The notes under the pieces: generated by a model
Database searches by the model: none
What the model was told of the DNA's origin: nothing
The model's input: the letters and a program-made list of their open reading frames with translations, nothing else
From: Candidatus Hydrogenedentota bacterium
GTDB taxonomy: Bacteria > Hydrogenedentota > Hydrogenedentia > Hydrogenedentales > SLHB01
Reading direction: 5' to 3'
Assembly: GCA_029974275.1 (NCBI GenBank)
Contig: JARKSN010000280.1
Span: 1 to 53,736, forward strand
Length of the DNA: 53,736 nucleotides
Translations under genes and position numbers: made by a program
Shown: piece after piece, positions 27,491-36,237 of the stretch
Position numbering within the stretch: the stretch's first letter is position 1
How the letters are laid out: the number at the start of each line of letters is the position of its first letter

Positions 27491-28816
27491 ATGGCCGTCA
27501 ACAATATCTCGACCCCGACCTTCCGCCGCCTTTGCGTCGCGACAAAAGCGGGGTTGCTTTTCTGTGTTCTTACGGCCCTCGTTTGGGGGGGCATCGAGCT
27601 TTGTTCTTTTGCGCTAGCGTCGCGCGTATTTTTCACGTCCATTCCGTGTCCCCATTGCAGCTATCTCCGTCAAGACGAAACCATGGGCTGGGTGCTCACT
27701 CCCTACGCCGTTCATCGCTCTGTCAGTCACGCCAAAGGGTTTGATGTCGTCTACAGAACCAATGACGCTTTCCGTCTCGATGGGCAGGAAATCCATGCCT
27801 CGGGCGCATGCGATATCGTGCTGCTGGGTGATTCGCACGTCTTCGGATTTGGCGTGCCCGAGGATCAAACCTTCTCGAGTCACCTGCATCGCCTGCTCAA
27901 AGAAAAGCATGCGGCGCGCGTTCCGCTCGTGCTTAACGCGGGCGTTCCTGGTTACGGCCCAGAGCAGTATTATCTCCGCCTCAAGTCGCTTGGCGCACTG
28001 CGCCCGAACGCTTGGGTGGTCGTATATCTGAATCCCGTGAACGACATGACAAATCTTTCGGCAGGCATTGACTATAGGTATCCCAAACCTCATGCTTTTG
28101 TGCAGCACGATCAGCTCGCCTATACCCGTCCCCTGTTATACGATCCCCAGATTCCGTTGCGATTTGCATCCGACTTTGATGGCTTGAATCGTCGCTTCAA
28201 CATTCCGCCCGGGGTGTCGCCTCCGATGATCGCTCGCATCGCTCCGTGGAGCCCGACGGCACAACTCATGCGCGCGATACGGGCAGGGAGTCTCCGCTTT
28301 CGATGGACCCCCCTGGTAACACAGGAAACTATGGAAACCGATTGTCCGCCCGAGGAATACGAACGTCGTCAACAGGAGCAGGTCCGCAAAGACCCGTTTC
28401 ACTATGCGGCGCGTTATTGGCCGGCCATCGCCGATTTGAAAACAGAGCGGACGACGGCCGTTGACACGCTTCGGCGTCTCTTTGCCGCTATGCGAGAGGC
28501 CGTCGCAAGCCAGAACGCCCGTCTGCTTGTGGTGATAGCCCAAGAATGCTATCGTGAGCAAGCGTACTGGATTCGACTTACGAATATTCTGGCGGAACGG
28601 CTGCCGGAATATACGTTTCAATGGACACTGCCCCAGGAAAATGTCGTGCAGGCCGCAACACAAGCAGGTGTTTCTACGTTGACCATCCGCTATCCGCCGG
28701 AACGCATCGAGGCTATGTTTGTCCCATGCGATGGCCATACTTCCGGCGATGGATTTTCGGAAGTTGCCGAGCAGGTCATGGAGTACATGGATCAGCATGG
28801 AGGTATTGGGCAATGA
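27491..28816 (+). CDS. membrane-anchored SGNH/GDSL hydrolase-fold protein (possible polysaccharide O-acyl transferase/esterase)
   Basis: LLGDSH block I, NAGVPGYG block II, VND block III, DGH block V; N-terminal TM. Confidence 0.82.
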   Translation: MAVNNISTPTFRRLCVATKAGLLFCVLTALVWGGIELCSFALASRVFFTSIPCPHCSYLRQDETMGWVLTPYAVHRSVSHAKGFDVVYRTNDAFRLDGQEIHASGACDIVLLGDSHVFGFGVPEDQTFSSHLHRLLKEKHAARVPLVLNAGVPGYGPEQYYLRLKSLGALRPNAWVVVYLNPVNDMTNLSAGIDYRYPKPHAFVQHDQLAYTRPLLYDPQIPLRFASDFDGLNRRFNIPPGVSPPMIARIAPWSPTAQLMRAIRAGSLRFRWTPLVTQETMETDCPPEEYERRQQEQVRKDPFHYAARYWPAIADLKTERTTAVDTLRRLFAAMREAVASQNARLLVVIAQECYREQAYWIRLTNILAERLPEYTFQWTLPQENVVQAATQAGVSTLTIRYPPERIEAMFVPCDGHTSGDGFSEVAEQVMEYMDQHGGIGQ

Positions 28817-29394
28817 ACGCCCTTGGGATGCTTTCGATTGTAAGAGACGCGCTGCACAAAAGGCTCTCGCCCGAGTCTTACGCGCGGAAAATCGGGGTGC
28901 GGTTTGGGGAAGGGTGTCGATTTATCAACGTCGATTTCGGAACGGAGCCATACCTGGTAACCCTTGGGAACCATGTGAGTATAACGGACTCTCATTTTGT
29001 TACGCACGACGGGGTTTTGTGGGTTTTTCGGCATGAAGCGCCGGATTCCGATCTATTTGCGCCGATAACCGTGGGAAATAATGTATTTATCGGCATGGGC
29101 TGCATCATTCTTCCCGGGGTCGCCATCGGCGACAATGCAGTGATCGGCGCTCATTCATTGGTTAACAAGGATATTCCGTCGGGGGTAATTGCCGCAGGCG
29201 TTCCAGCGCGGCCCATAGGCGAAACCGCCGCGTATTGGCAGAAGGTGCAAGCACGCACCTTGCCGACAAAACGAATGAGCGCACACGAAAAACGCGCCTA
29301 TCTGGAAAAGCATTGCTGGGCGGGCCGCGATGCTCCTTCCGTCACAAATACACGCGAGAATCGCGGGGGCATGGGTTCGGGACAGGGAGAATAA
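28813..29394 (+). CDS. hexapeptide-repeat O-acyltransferase (LbH)
   Basis: FGTEPYLVTLG, FVTHDG, ITVGNNVFIG, ILPGVAIGDNAVIGA, AGVPAR. Confidence 0.9.
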   Translation: MNALGMLSIVRDALHKRLSPESYARKIGVRFGEGCRFINVDFGTEPYLVTLGNHVSITDSHFVTHDGVLWVFRHEAPDSDLFAPITVGNNVFIGMGCIILPGVAIGDNAVIGAHSLVNKDIPSGVIAAGVPARPIGETAAYWQKVQARTLPTKRMSAHEKRAYLEKHCWAGRDAPSVTNTRENRGGMGSGQGE

Positions 29395-29427
29395 CGTGTC
29401 GCATCGGTTCCAGCCGAGGATCAAGAC

Positions 29428-29518
29428 CGACGGCCTTTCCGTCAGACAGGACAGTCTTCGGCACTCATTATCTTTTGCAGGCAATTTGCTTTTGGGGAAG
29501 CGGACATGTTGTCCTCTT
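29428..29518 (+). repeat. ~90-bp direct repeat, copy A
   Basis: Nearly identical to 30791-30883. Confidence 0.9.
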
Positions 29519-29583
29519 TCGGCGGGCGGGCGCGGGACACGGGAGGCCGTTTTACGTTTTCGTTGCGGCGAAGGGAGTCGTGC

Positions 29584-30708
29584 ATGACCGCAATGGAGAA
29601 GCTGAACATTGGCATTGTCGGGGCGTGCGGGCGCGGCGCGGGTTTCCAAGGCGCCTGCGACGTCCTTGACCGGGTCCGTCTTCATGCCGTGTGCGACGTC
29701 AACGCCGAGAAACTGTCCGCTGCGGCGGAACGTCTGGGCGCGGCGGAGCAGTACGTGGAGTACGAGGAGATGCTCGCCTCGTCCGAACTCGATGCCGTGA
29801 TTATCGGAACGCCCATGCCGTTTCATGTGCCGCAGAGCGTCGCCGCATTGGCGCGCGGCCTGCATGTCCTCAGCGAGGTTCCGGCTGGCGTGTCCATCGA
29901 GGAATGCCGCGTCTTGACTCAGGCGTGTCATGCCTCGAAGGGGGTCTACATGATGGCCGAGAATTACACCTACCTCCGTTCGAACGTGATCGTGCGATCG
30001 CTGGTGGAGGCGGGGTTGTTTGGCCAGCCGTACTATGCCGAGGGCGAGTATATTCACGAACTGAAGGAATTGAATGAGCAAACGCGCTGGCGACGGAAAT
30101 GGCAGACCGGCATCGACGGCGTCACCTACGGCACTCATTCCCTCGGCCCAATCCTTCAATGGATGCCGGGCGACCGCGTCGTGTCGGTTTGTTGCGCCGG
30201 ATCGGGCCGCCACTATCGCGATCCCCGCGGCGATTGCTACGAAAACCAGGATTCTTGCGTCATGCTGTGCAAAATGCGCAGCGGCGGCCTCGTGAAGATA
30301 CGCGTCGACATGCTTTCCGATCGGCCGCACGCAACGACGAACTATCAGCTTCAAGGAACGGACGGCGCCTACGAATCCGCGCGCGCCCCCGGCGAGAAAG
30401 ATCGCATTTGGCTTCGCGGGCGTTCTCCGGCGACGGAATGGATGGAGTTGGAAAGCCTCGCCGGCGAATTTCTTCCGGACTATTGGAGGCGTGGCGAGGA
30501 AGAAGCCGCCAAGGCGGGGCACGGCGGCGGCGATTATTTCGAGTTGTTGGATTTTGTTGACGCGATTGAGGGGCGGCGTCCCTGCAGCGTCGGCATCCAT
30601 GAATCCATGGATATGACATTGCCCGGCTTGTGCAGTCAGGAATCCATCCATTGCGGCGGCGTGTGGGTGGATGTTCCGGATTCGCGGGATTGGTCCATGG
30701 CTCCATAA
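29584..30708 (+). CDS. Gfo/Idh/MocA family oxidoreductase
   Basis: IGIVG, AVCD, HVLSEVP, YMMAENY, GEYIHE, YGTHSLGP, GHGGGD. Confidence 0.9.
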   Translation: MTAMEKLNIGIVGACGRGAGFQGACDVLDRVRLHAVCDVNAEKLSAAAERLGAAEQYVEYEEMLASSELDAVIIGTPMPFHVPQSVAALARGLHVLSEVPAGVSIEECRVLTQACHASKGVYMMAENYTYLRSNVIVRSLVEAGLFGQPYYAEGEYIHELKELNEQTRWRRKWQTGIDGVTYGTHSLGPILQWMPGDRVVSVCCAGSGRHYRDPRGDCYENQDSCVMLCKMRSGGLVKIRVDMLSDRPHATTNYQLQGTDGAYESARAPGEKDRIWLRGRSPATEWMELESLAGEFLPDYWRRGEEEAAKAGHGGGDYFELLDFVDAIEGRRPCSVGIHESMDMTLPGLCSQESIHCGGVWVDVPDSRDWSMAP

Positions 30709-30790
30709 CGGTTTTTCGGGCGCCGGGCGAGGTGATGGCGCCCGGAAAGCGGGAAGCCGCCGCCGGTTCGTCTGAGCCGGGGATGTGCGG

Positions 30791-30883
30791 CGACGGCCTT
30801 TCCGTCAGGCAGGACAGTCTTCGGCACCACTCGTTATCTTTTGCAGGCAATTTGCTTTCGTGAAGCGGACATGTTATCCTCTT
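30791..30883 (+). repeat. ~90-bp direct repeat, copy B
   Basis: Nearly identical to 29428-29518. Confidence 0.9.
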
Positions 30884-30974
30884 CCCTGCTTTTGCGGCGG
30901 ACGGGCGCTGCGGCGCGCGATAACGCGCGACCTCCTGCTGCCGCGCGCCGCCAAGCGTGTCGCCTATCTTCGGC

Positions 30975-31052
30975 GTCCCCATCGTCTAGCCTGGCCTAGG
31001 ACACCGCCCTTTCACGGCGGCGACAGGGGTTCGAATCCCCTTGGGGACGCCA
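30975..31052 (+). tRNA. tRNA-Glu(TTC)
   Basis: Acceptor GTCCCCA/TGGGGAC, anticodon arm CCGCC-CTTTCAC-GGCGG, GTTCGAA T-loop, encoded CCA. Confidence 0.97.
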
Positions 31053-31492
31053 ATTTTATTTTCGCTTGTCCCGATGGACGTTTCTTGATGATCCCCTCCT
31101 GACGAACACCTCGCAGCCCAGGCGATCGTGCCCGGTCTGTGTCCAGATTGCGCGCCAAACTGTGCCAAAACCTGCACGCAACCCCGGATCGCAGGAACAT
31201 GCCAAGCTTCTATGGGAGCGAGCATGCGATGACGCATAGAACGACGACGCGACGGCTCATGGCGTTCCTGTCTTCAGCCCGAAGGCTTGGGTTGCGGACG
31301 AAATGCGCGGGGGTTATAGCATGCGCCGAGCTCTGGAATCACCTCGGCGGAAAAGGGATTGGGGTGGTTCTTTCGAAATAACGCACGGGGGTGTGTCCGC
31401 GCCCTGATCTTGCGGCACGATTTCCCGAGTGCTATCGTCTCGGGCATGCAGGCGCGCAGGGAAAGCGCCTGGATCGGGGCGGAAGGAGACGC

Positions 31493-33271
31493 ATGAGTCA
31501 CGAGAAACGTGAAGCGATCGCTTGCGGCGCCACGGTCGCGAAAATCGCATGGACGGCGGCATGGCTGCTTTCGGTTGCGGCGCACGCCGGGGAACAACCA
31601 GCGCGCGCCATGGACGGCTGGGACTTTCGCGCGAAAGAGTTCATCATTGCCGCGTTCAACCCGCCCCCTGCGACGGATGTCGACTACGCGCTCTATCGCG
31701 AGGCGGGCTTCAACCTCGTCATGTCGCCGCGTTATCAGGACCCGCAAACCGCCCTCGACCTTGCGCAAAAACACGGCCTCATGGTCCTTGTCGACACGTA
31801 CACGCCCAACGGCAATCCCTGGGGCGGCGTCGAAGGCGAGTATGCGCCGCATCCTTTCCATCATCCTGCGACGTTGCCGGAGTTGCAGTGGCTGCACGCG
31901 CGGTACGGCAAGCACCCGGCCTTGGCGGGGTTCCTGCTCGGCGATGATATTGGCATGGCGCCGCCGCCGCTTGTCGCCACGACGAACTGGATGCGACAGA
32001 ACTGCCCGGACCTGTTCCCGTGGATATGCCAGTGCTATTTCCATCCCGAATCGCTTGCGCAGGTCGGCGCTCCCATCGCCAATCCGCAGTTCTACCCGAC
32101 GCTCTACAACGCCCGCCGGTCCGCCGCCAAGCAGGCCGAAATTTACTGCAATCAACTGTTGGCGTTGCGCGACGCCGCCGTGCAATACGGCCTGTTGCCG
32201 TGGCCGATGTTCAACGTGGCGACGCTCGACCTCGACAAGCCCTTCACGAGCGCGTCGCTGGCTCGTTTCCAGGTGTATGCGTCGCTGGCCTATGGCGCGC
32301 AGGGCCTCTGGTATTTCACCTATCAGGATTTCGGCGCCTTGGCGACAAAGCCCGTTGCGCCGAATATGACGATCGATGAGGCGCGCGATCGACTCGACCC
32401 GAAATGGCGCGTCGCCAAGGATGCCAACCTGCGCGTGCAGGCGTGGGGCCCGAAACTGATCGGGCGCACCTGCGAGATCGTCTACCACAGCGGCGCCTGG
32501 CCGAAAAAGCCAACCCCCGTCGAGTTCGAACGCGTGGACAAGACCCTTTTCTTCAACTGGGAGTATGAATCGCCCTTCCCTGAAATGGACATCGACCATT
32601 TCGAGGTCGTTTGGACCGGATTCATCAAGGCCAAGAGTTTCGAGCCAATCGCCTTCAACGCGGTGTCCAACAACGGTTGCAGAGTGTGGATCGACGGCAA
32701 GAAAATCATTGATAACTGGGACTATTCGGACGGCGCCTTCCAGGCATCCGCCACGGTAACGTTGCCGATGGGCAAGCTTGTCCCCATCCGCGTCGAATAT
32801 TATGAGCGCGACAACGAAGCGGCGATGATGTTGGAATGGTTCGCGGACTCTTTTCCCAAGGAGGCGACGCCCTCCGACAACTTGTTCACCGACGAGACGG
32901 AGCGCAAAACAGGGCTCGTCGGTCATTACCGCACGACCGCGCCGCCTGCGCTCTATGACCGCAGCGGACGTCCGGGGCGCGGCGAATGGGTGACGCGCAT
33001 GAGCGACGACCTCCTGGTGGGCATTCTCGCCAAGCCCGGCGAGGCTCCTCTCGCGATGATCGTCGACAAACGCGTTGAGCGGGGCCCGGATACGTTGTCC
33101 GCGCGGACGGTGCGCGTCACGTTTCGGCAGGGCGTAACGGCGGTCACGTTGTTCGATGTCGCGTCGTCGCACACGATCAAAGGGCGGACCGTCGTCACGG
33201 CATTGCCGCCCGGCGGAGGCCAGCTTGTGCAGTTGGCGATGTCCCCCATGATCGCGGAGCTTCCTGGATGA
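31493..33271 (+). CDS. secreted protein with a GH-like N-terminal domain and an inserted PA14 domain
   Basis: Signal peptide ending AHA; HPALAGFLLGDD; LAYGAQGLWYFTY; PA14 motifs FEVVWTG, RVWIDGKKIIDNW, IRVEYYE. Confidence 0.75.
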   Translation: MSHEKREAIACGATVAKIAWTAAWLLSVAAHAGEQPARAMDGWDFRAKEFIIAAFNPPPATDVDYALYREAGFNLVMSPRYQDPQTALDLAQKHGLMVLVDTYTPNGNPWGGVEGEYAPHPFHHPATLPELQWLHARYGKHPALAGFLLGDDIGMAPPPLVATTNWMRQNCPDLFPWICQCYFHPESLAQVGAPIANPQFYPTLYNARRSAAKQAEIYCNQLLALRDAAVQYGLLPWPMFNVATLDLDKPFTSASLARFQVYASLAYGAQGLWYFTYQDFGALATKPVAPNMTIDEARDRLDPKWRVAKDANLRVQAWGPKLIGRTCEIVYHSGAWPKKPTPVEFERVDKTLFFNWEYESPFPEMDIDHFEVVWTGFIKAKSFEPIAFNAVSNNGCRVWIDGKKIIDNWDYSDGAFQASATVTLPMGKLVPIRVEYYERDNEAAMMLEWFADSFPKEATPSDNLFTDETERKTGLVGHYRTTAPPALYDRSGRPGRGEWVTRMSDDLLVGILAKPGEAPLAMIVDKRVERGPDTLSARTVRVTFRQGVTAVTLFDVASSHTIKGRTVVTALPPGGGQLVQLAMSPMIAELPG

Positions 33272-33963
33272 CGCAGCATCGATTTCGCGCGGCGATCCTG
33301 GACATGGACGGCGTGCTTGTGGACAGTGAGCCGGTGCATGGCAGGGCGTGGGAATGCGTGCTGACGGCGTTGGGCGCGCCGTGTGAACCCGGCTGGTTTC
33401 TTCCGTGGATCGGAGTGCCCGATGACGCCCTCGCGGATCGCCTCGTTGCGTCGGGCGCGGTTCCTCTTGCCAAGTCCGAGTTGTTGACGCGCAAACGCGA
33501 GACCTACAACGCCCGCGTTCTCGAAGAAATGCGGGCGTTTCCCGGGGTCGAGGACGCCTTGCGCGAACTGAACGGAACGCCGTGCGCCGTGGCCACGAGC
33601 AGCGGTCGCGACAGCGCGCGGCTGGCGCTGGGCCTCGCAGGGCTGCTGCCCTATTTCGCCGCGATGGTCTGTTGGGAAGACGTCGCGCGCCACAAGCCCG
33701 CGCCGGATCCCTATGTGCGCGCGGCGCAACTGCTCGGCGTGCCTCCACGCGACTGCGCCGCCGTCGAGGACTCGCCCGCGGGCATCGCGTCCGCGAAAGC
33801 GGCGGGGTGCGTCGCGCTTGCCGTGAAGACGTCCTATCCCCACGAGCGCCTCGTCGCCGCCGATTACGTGTTTGAGACGCCTCGCGACGCCCTGGATTGG
33901 CTGCGCCCGCGCCTTGCCGCGGCGACTGGCCCTACGGAAACGCCGCGCCCCGAAAATGCATGA
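33268..33963 (+). CDS. HAD-superfamily phosphatase (beta-PGM/CbbY-like)
   Basis: DMDGVLVDSE, ATSS, KPAPD, EDSPAG. Confidence 0.92.
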   Translation: MTQHRFRAAILDMDGVLVDSEPVHGRAWECVLTALGAPCEPGWFLPWIGVPDDALADRLVASGAVPLAKSELLTRKRETYNARVLEEMRAFPGVEDALRELNGTPCAVATSSGRDSARLALGLAGLLPYFAAMVCWEDVARHKPAPDPYVRAAQLLGVPPRDCAAVEDSPAGIASAKAAGCVALAVKTSYPHERLVAADYVFETPRDALDWLRPRLAAATGPTETPRPENA

Positions 33964-33978
33964 CCGACCGCCGGTTGT

Positions 33979-35985
33979 TTACGCCAAATCAAGGCACAGG
34001 ACGCGCACCTCGTACGGACGGAGCGCCAGGCTGTACGCCGCGCCCGCGGGCATCTCGGCGCGCATGCCGCTGCTGGAATCACAGCGCACGGGGCCGTTGG
34101 CTTTCCATGCGCTTGACACGGTCACGGCGGCGTCCTTGCCGGCGATTTCGGCGACGACGATGCTCGCCCGTCGCGTCGCGGCGTTGTGATAGACCTTCGC
34201 CATCACGCCTTCGCGATGGTTGAGGCAGATGCCTTCCTCGTCGCGAAAATCGGCGTAGACGTAGTAGTCCTTTACGCGCTTGCGCAGATCGGCATGGGCT
34301 TTCACGAACGCCGCGTACTTCGGGTACTTCGTGATGGGCGCGTCGCCGCCGTCGATCTTCATGTCGAGATGCAGCTTGTATGCAAAGGCCTTGTTCGTTT
34401 CCTCGAACTCCATCGCGTCGACTTCGAGGCTGCCGTACAGCCACGGCACGGTGCACAAAACCGGCTCCGGAAAATCGAGAAGCGCCGTCCAGTCCCACGA
34501 GCTGTCGCACCACTGCCCCGTGAAATCGTTGAGGCACTCCGAGATCATCACGCCCTCGGGGTTCACCTCGCGGATGCACGCGCGCACTTTCGGCAACAGC
34601 TCCGCCATGCCGTCGACGTACACGCGGTCCGGCGTCGTGACAATATGATCAGGGTTGTAATCGACCAGCATCTTCTCCGCGATCTGATCGAGCTGCGTGT
34701 TGCCAAAGCCGTAATCCTGGATGATGCGCTTCATCGTCGCGAGGAAATACTCGCGCATCTCGGCGCACGGCGCGATCTCGTGGTGGAGCATGGCGCGGTT
34801 GCGGGTCTGCGCGTCGAAGTTGTGGCGCGCCCAATCGCCCGCGTAATACGGATGGCCGACGTAGGTGTGCGCCTCCCACCGATGGCCGAATTCCTTATGC
34901 TCTTCCAAGCCGATGTTCGCGAGCGTTCCGTTGTAAAACGGCATGATTTCGACGCCCATCGAGCGCGCCGTCGCGACGGCTTCGCGCAGGGCCTTTTCGC
35001 CGCCCCAGTCCTCGTTGGGGACATACCGGTACATGTAGTTGTTGTCATGCCCGCCGGTCTGCCAGCCGAACAGCAGGATGTACGGGCAGCCCGCATCGAG
35101 CGCCGCCTGGGCCATCTTCGGCATATCGGCATAGGTGAACGGCGCCCAATCGTCCTGGTGCTTCATGAAGTAGAAGTGCCAGCCGATGGCCTCGGCGAAT
35201 TTCGCGGGCCGGTCCGGTTTTTGAATCCACGTCTCGAGCCATGCGCGGTGCGATTCCGCGATCGCGTGCCAATCGCCCGCATGCACCGCGATGCGCACCG
35301 GCGAGGATTCGTAGGTCTCGCCAGGCTTGATGCGGCGCGGATGCACCGTAAAGACGTCGAGCGTGCGCCGCGCGGGCTCGAAGGTCTTCTCGAGTATCTT
35401 GTGCGCGGAAAAATCCAGAATCGAAAAATCCTTGTGGCGCCCTTCGAGGCCGATGCCCTGCGCGGCGTTGCCGTAGTCGCACCACGCCGACAGGAGATGG
35501 GCGGGATAGCGCGCATCGAGCTTTTGCGTCCACTCGTTCCACGTGACGTGATCGCCGCCGACCCCCTTGCCGAAAATGTCCGAGTATTTTCGCCGGAACC
35601 ATTGCGGCCAGACGAAATCGGCGTTTGGCAGCGGCGCGAGCGACCGCACGTACGGAAACATCACTTCCTCGATATTGACCGCGCCGGTGTTGGTCACTTT
35701 CAGTGCGGCCATGATCCCGTCGCCCTCGAGCGTAAGGGTCGCCACGGCGTCCGCGCCGTCAAGCTTGTACGTAAGCGTGGCCGTGGCGCCGTTCACGTCA
35801 ATCTTCGGCGAGGCGGCGTTGATATGCGCGTGGACCGCGCCGGGCTGCGGGGCGATGAGCCGGAACAGCAACGCGCGGTCCGGCGCGCCGATGTAGTCGT
35901 TGCCGAAGCGCTTGTCAATGATCGACGCGAATCCGCCGGTTTTCGGGTCAAGTTCCACGCGCACCAGATCGTTTTCGAGACGCAT
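33979..35985 (-). CDS. putative glycoside hydrolase-like protein (DUF6259-like)
   Basis: Host-like codon usage with RBS GGAG; beta-sandwich N-terminus, HAGDWH, LFGWQTGGHD, QLDQ, ISE. Confidence 0.6.
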   Translation of the reverse strand: MRLENDLVRVELDPKTGGFASIIDKRFGNDYIGAPDRALLFRLIAPQPGAVHAHINAASPKIDVNGATATLTYKLDGADAVATLTLEGDGIMAALKVTNTGAVNIEEVMFPYVRSLAPLPNADFVWPQWFRRKYSDIFGKGVGGDHVTWNEWTQKLDARYPAHLLSAWCDYGNAAQGIGLEGRHKDFSILDFSAHKILEKTFEPARRTLDVFTVHPRRIKPGETYESSPVRIAVHAGDWHAIAESHRAWLETWIQKPDRPAKFAEAIGWHFYFMKHQDDWAPFTYADMPKMAQAALDAGCPYILLFGWQTGGHDNNYMYRYVPNEDWGGEKALREAVATARSMGVEIMPFYNGTLANIGLEEHKEFGHRWEAHTYVGHPYYAGDWARHNFDAQTRNRAMLHHEIAPCAEMREYFLATMKRIIQDYGFGNTQLDQIAEKMLVDYNPDHIVTTPDRVYVDGMAELLPKVRACIREVNPEGVMISECLNDFTGQWCDSSWDWTALLDFPEPVLCTVPWLYGSLEVDAMEFEETNKAFAYKLHLDMKIDGGDAPITKYPKYAAFVKAHADLRKRVKDYYVYADFRDEEGICLNHREGVMAKVYHNAATRRASIVVAEIAGKDAAVTVSSAWKANGPVRCDSSSGMRAEMPAGAAYSLALRPYEVRVLCLDLA

Positions 35986-36237
35986 GAGGATTCTCCATAG
36001 TTCGTAAGCGGTTTGCCGTACACGCGGCCATGCGGCAGGCCGCGCGCCCGGAAATGATAGAGTCGTCCGCGCCGGGTTTCAACCATCGAGCCTGCGGCGC
36101 GTTTGTGCGATGGCGTATAATGCCCTGCGCTCGCACGGCGGGAAGAAGATGCCATCGGAACGCGTCTCTGCGCTATAGTGCGCGGAAGCGGAAAGGATAC
36201 CCGTTTCCGTGAAGAGACGAGGAAAGGATCGGCGCAC

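Noticed and set aside
29428..29518. Known riboswitch or ribozyme (SAM-I, glycine, cobalamin, ZTP, hammerhead) in the direct repeat
   Set aside because: Only isolated short motifs match (e.g. AAAGATAA, GCCGAAG on the minus strand); the required order and pairings are absent.
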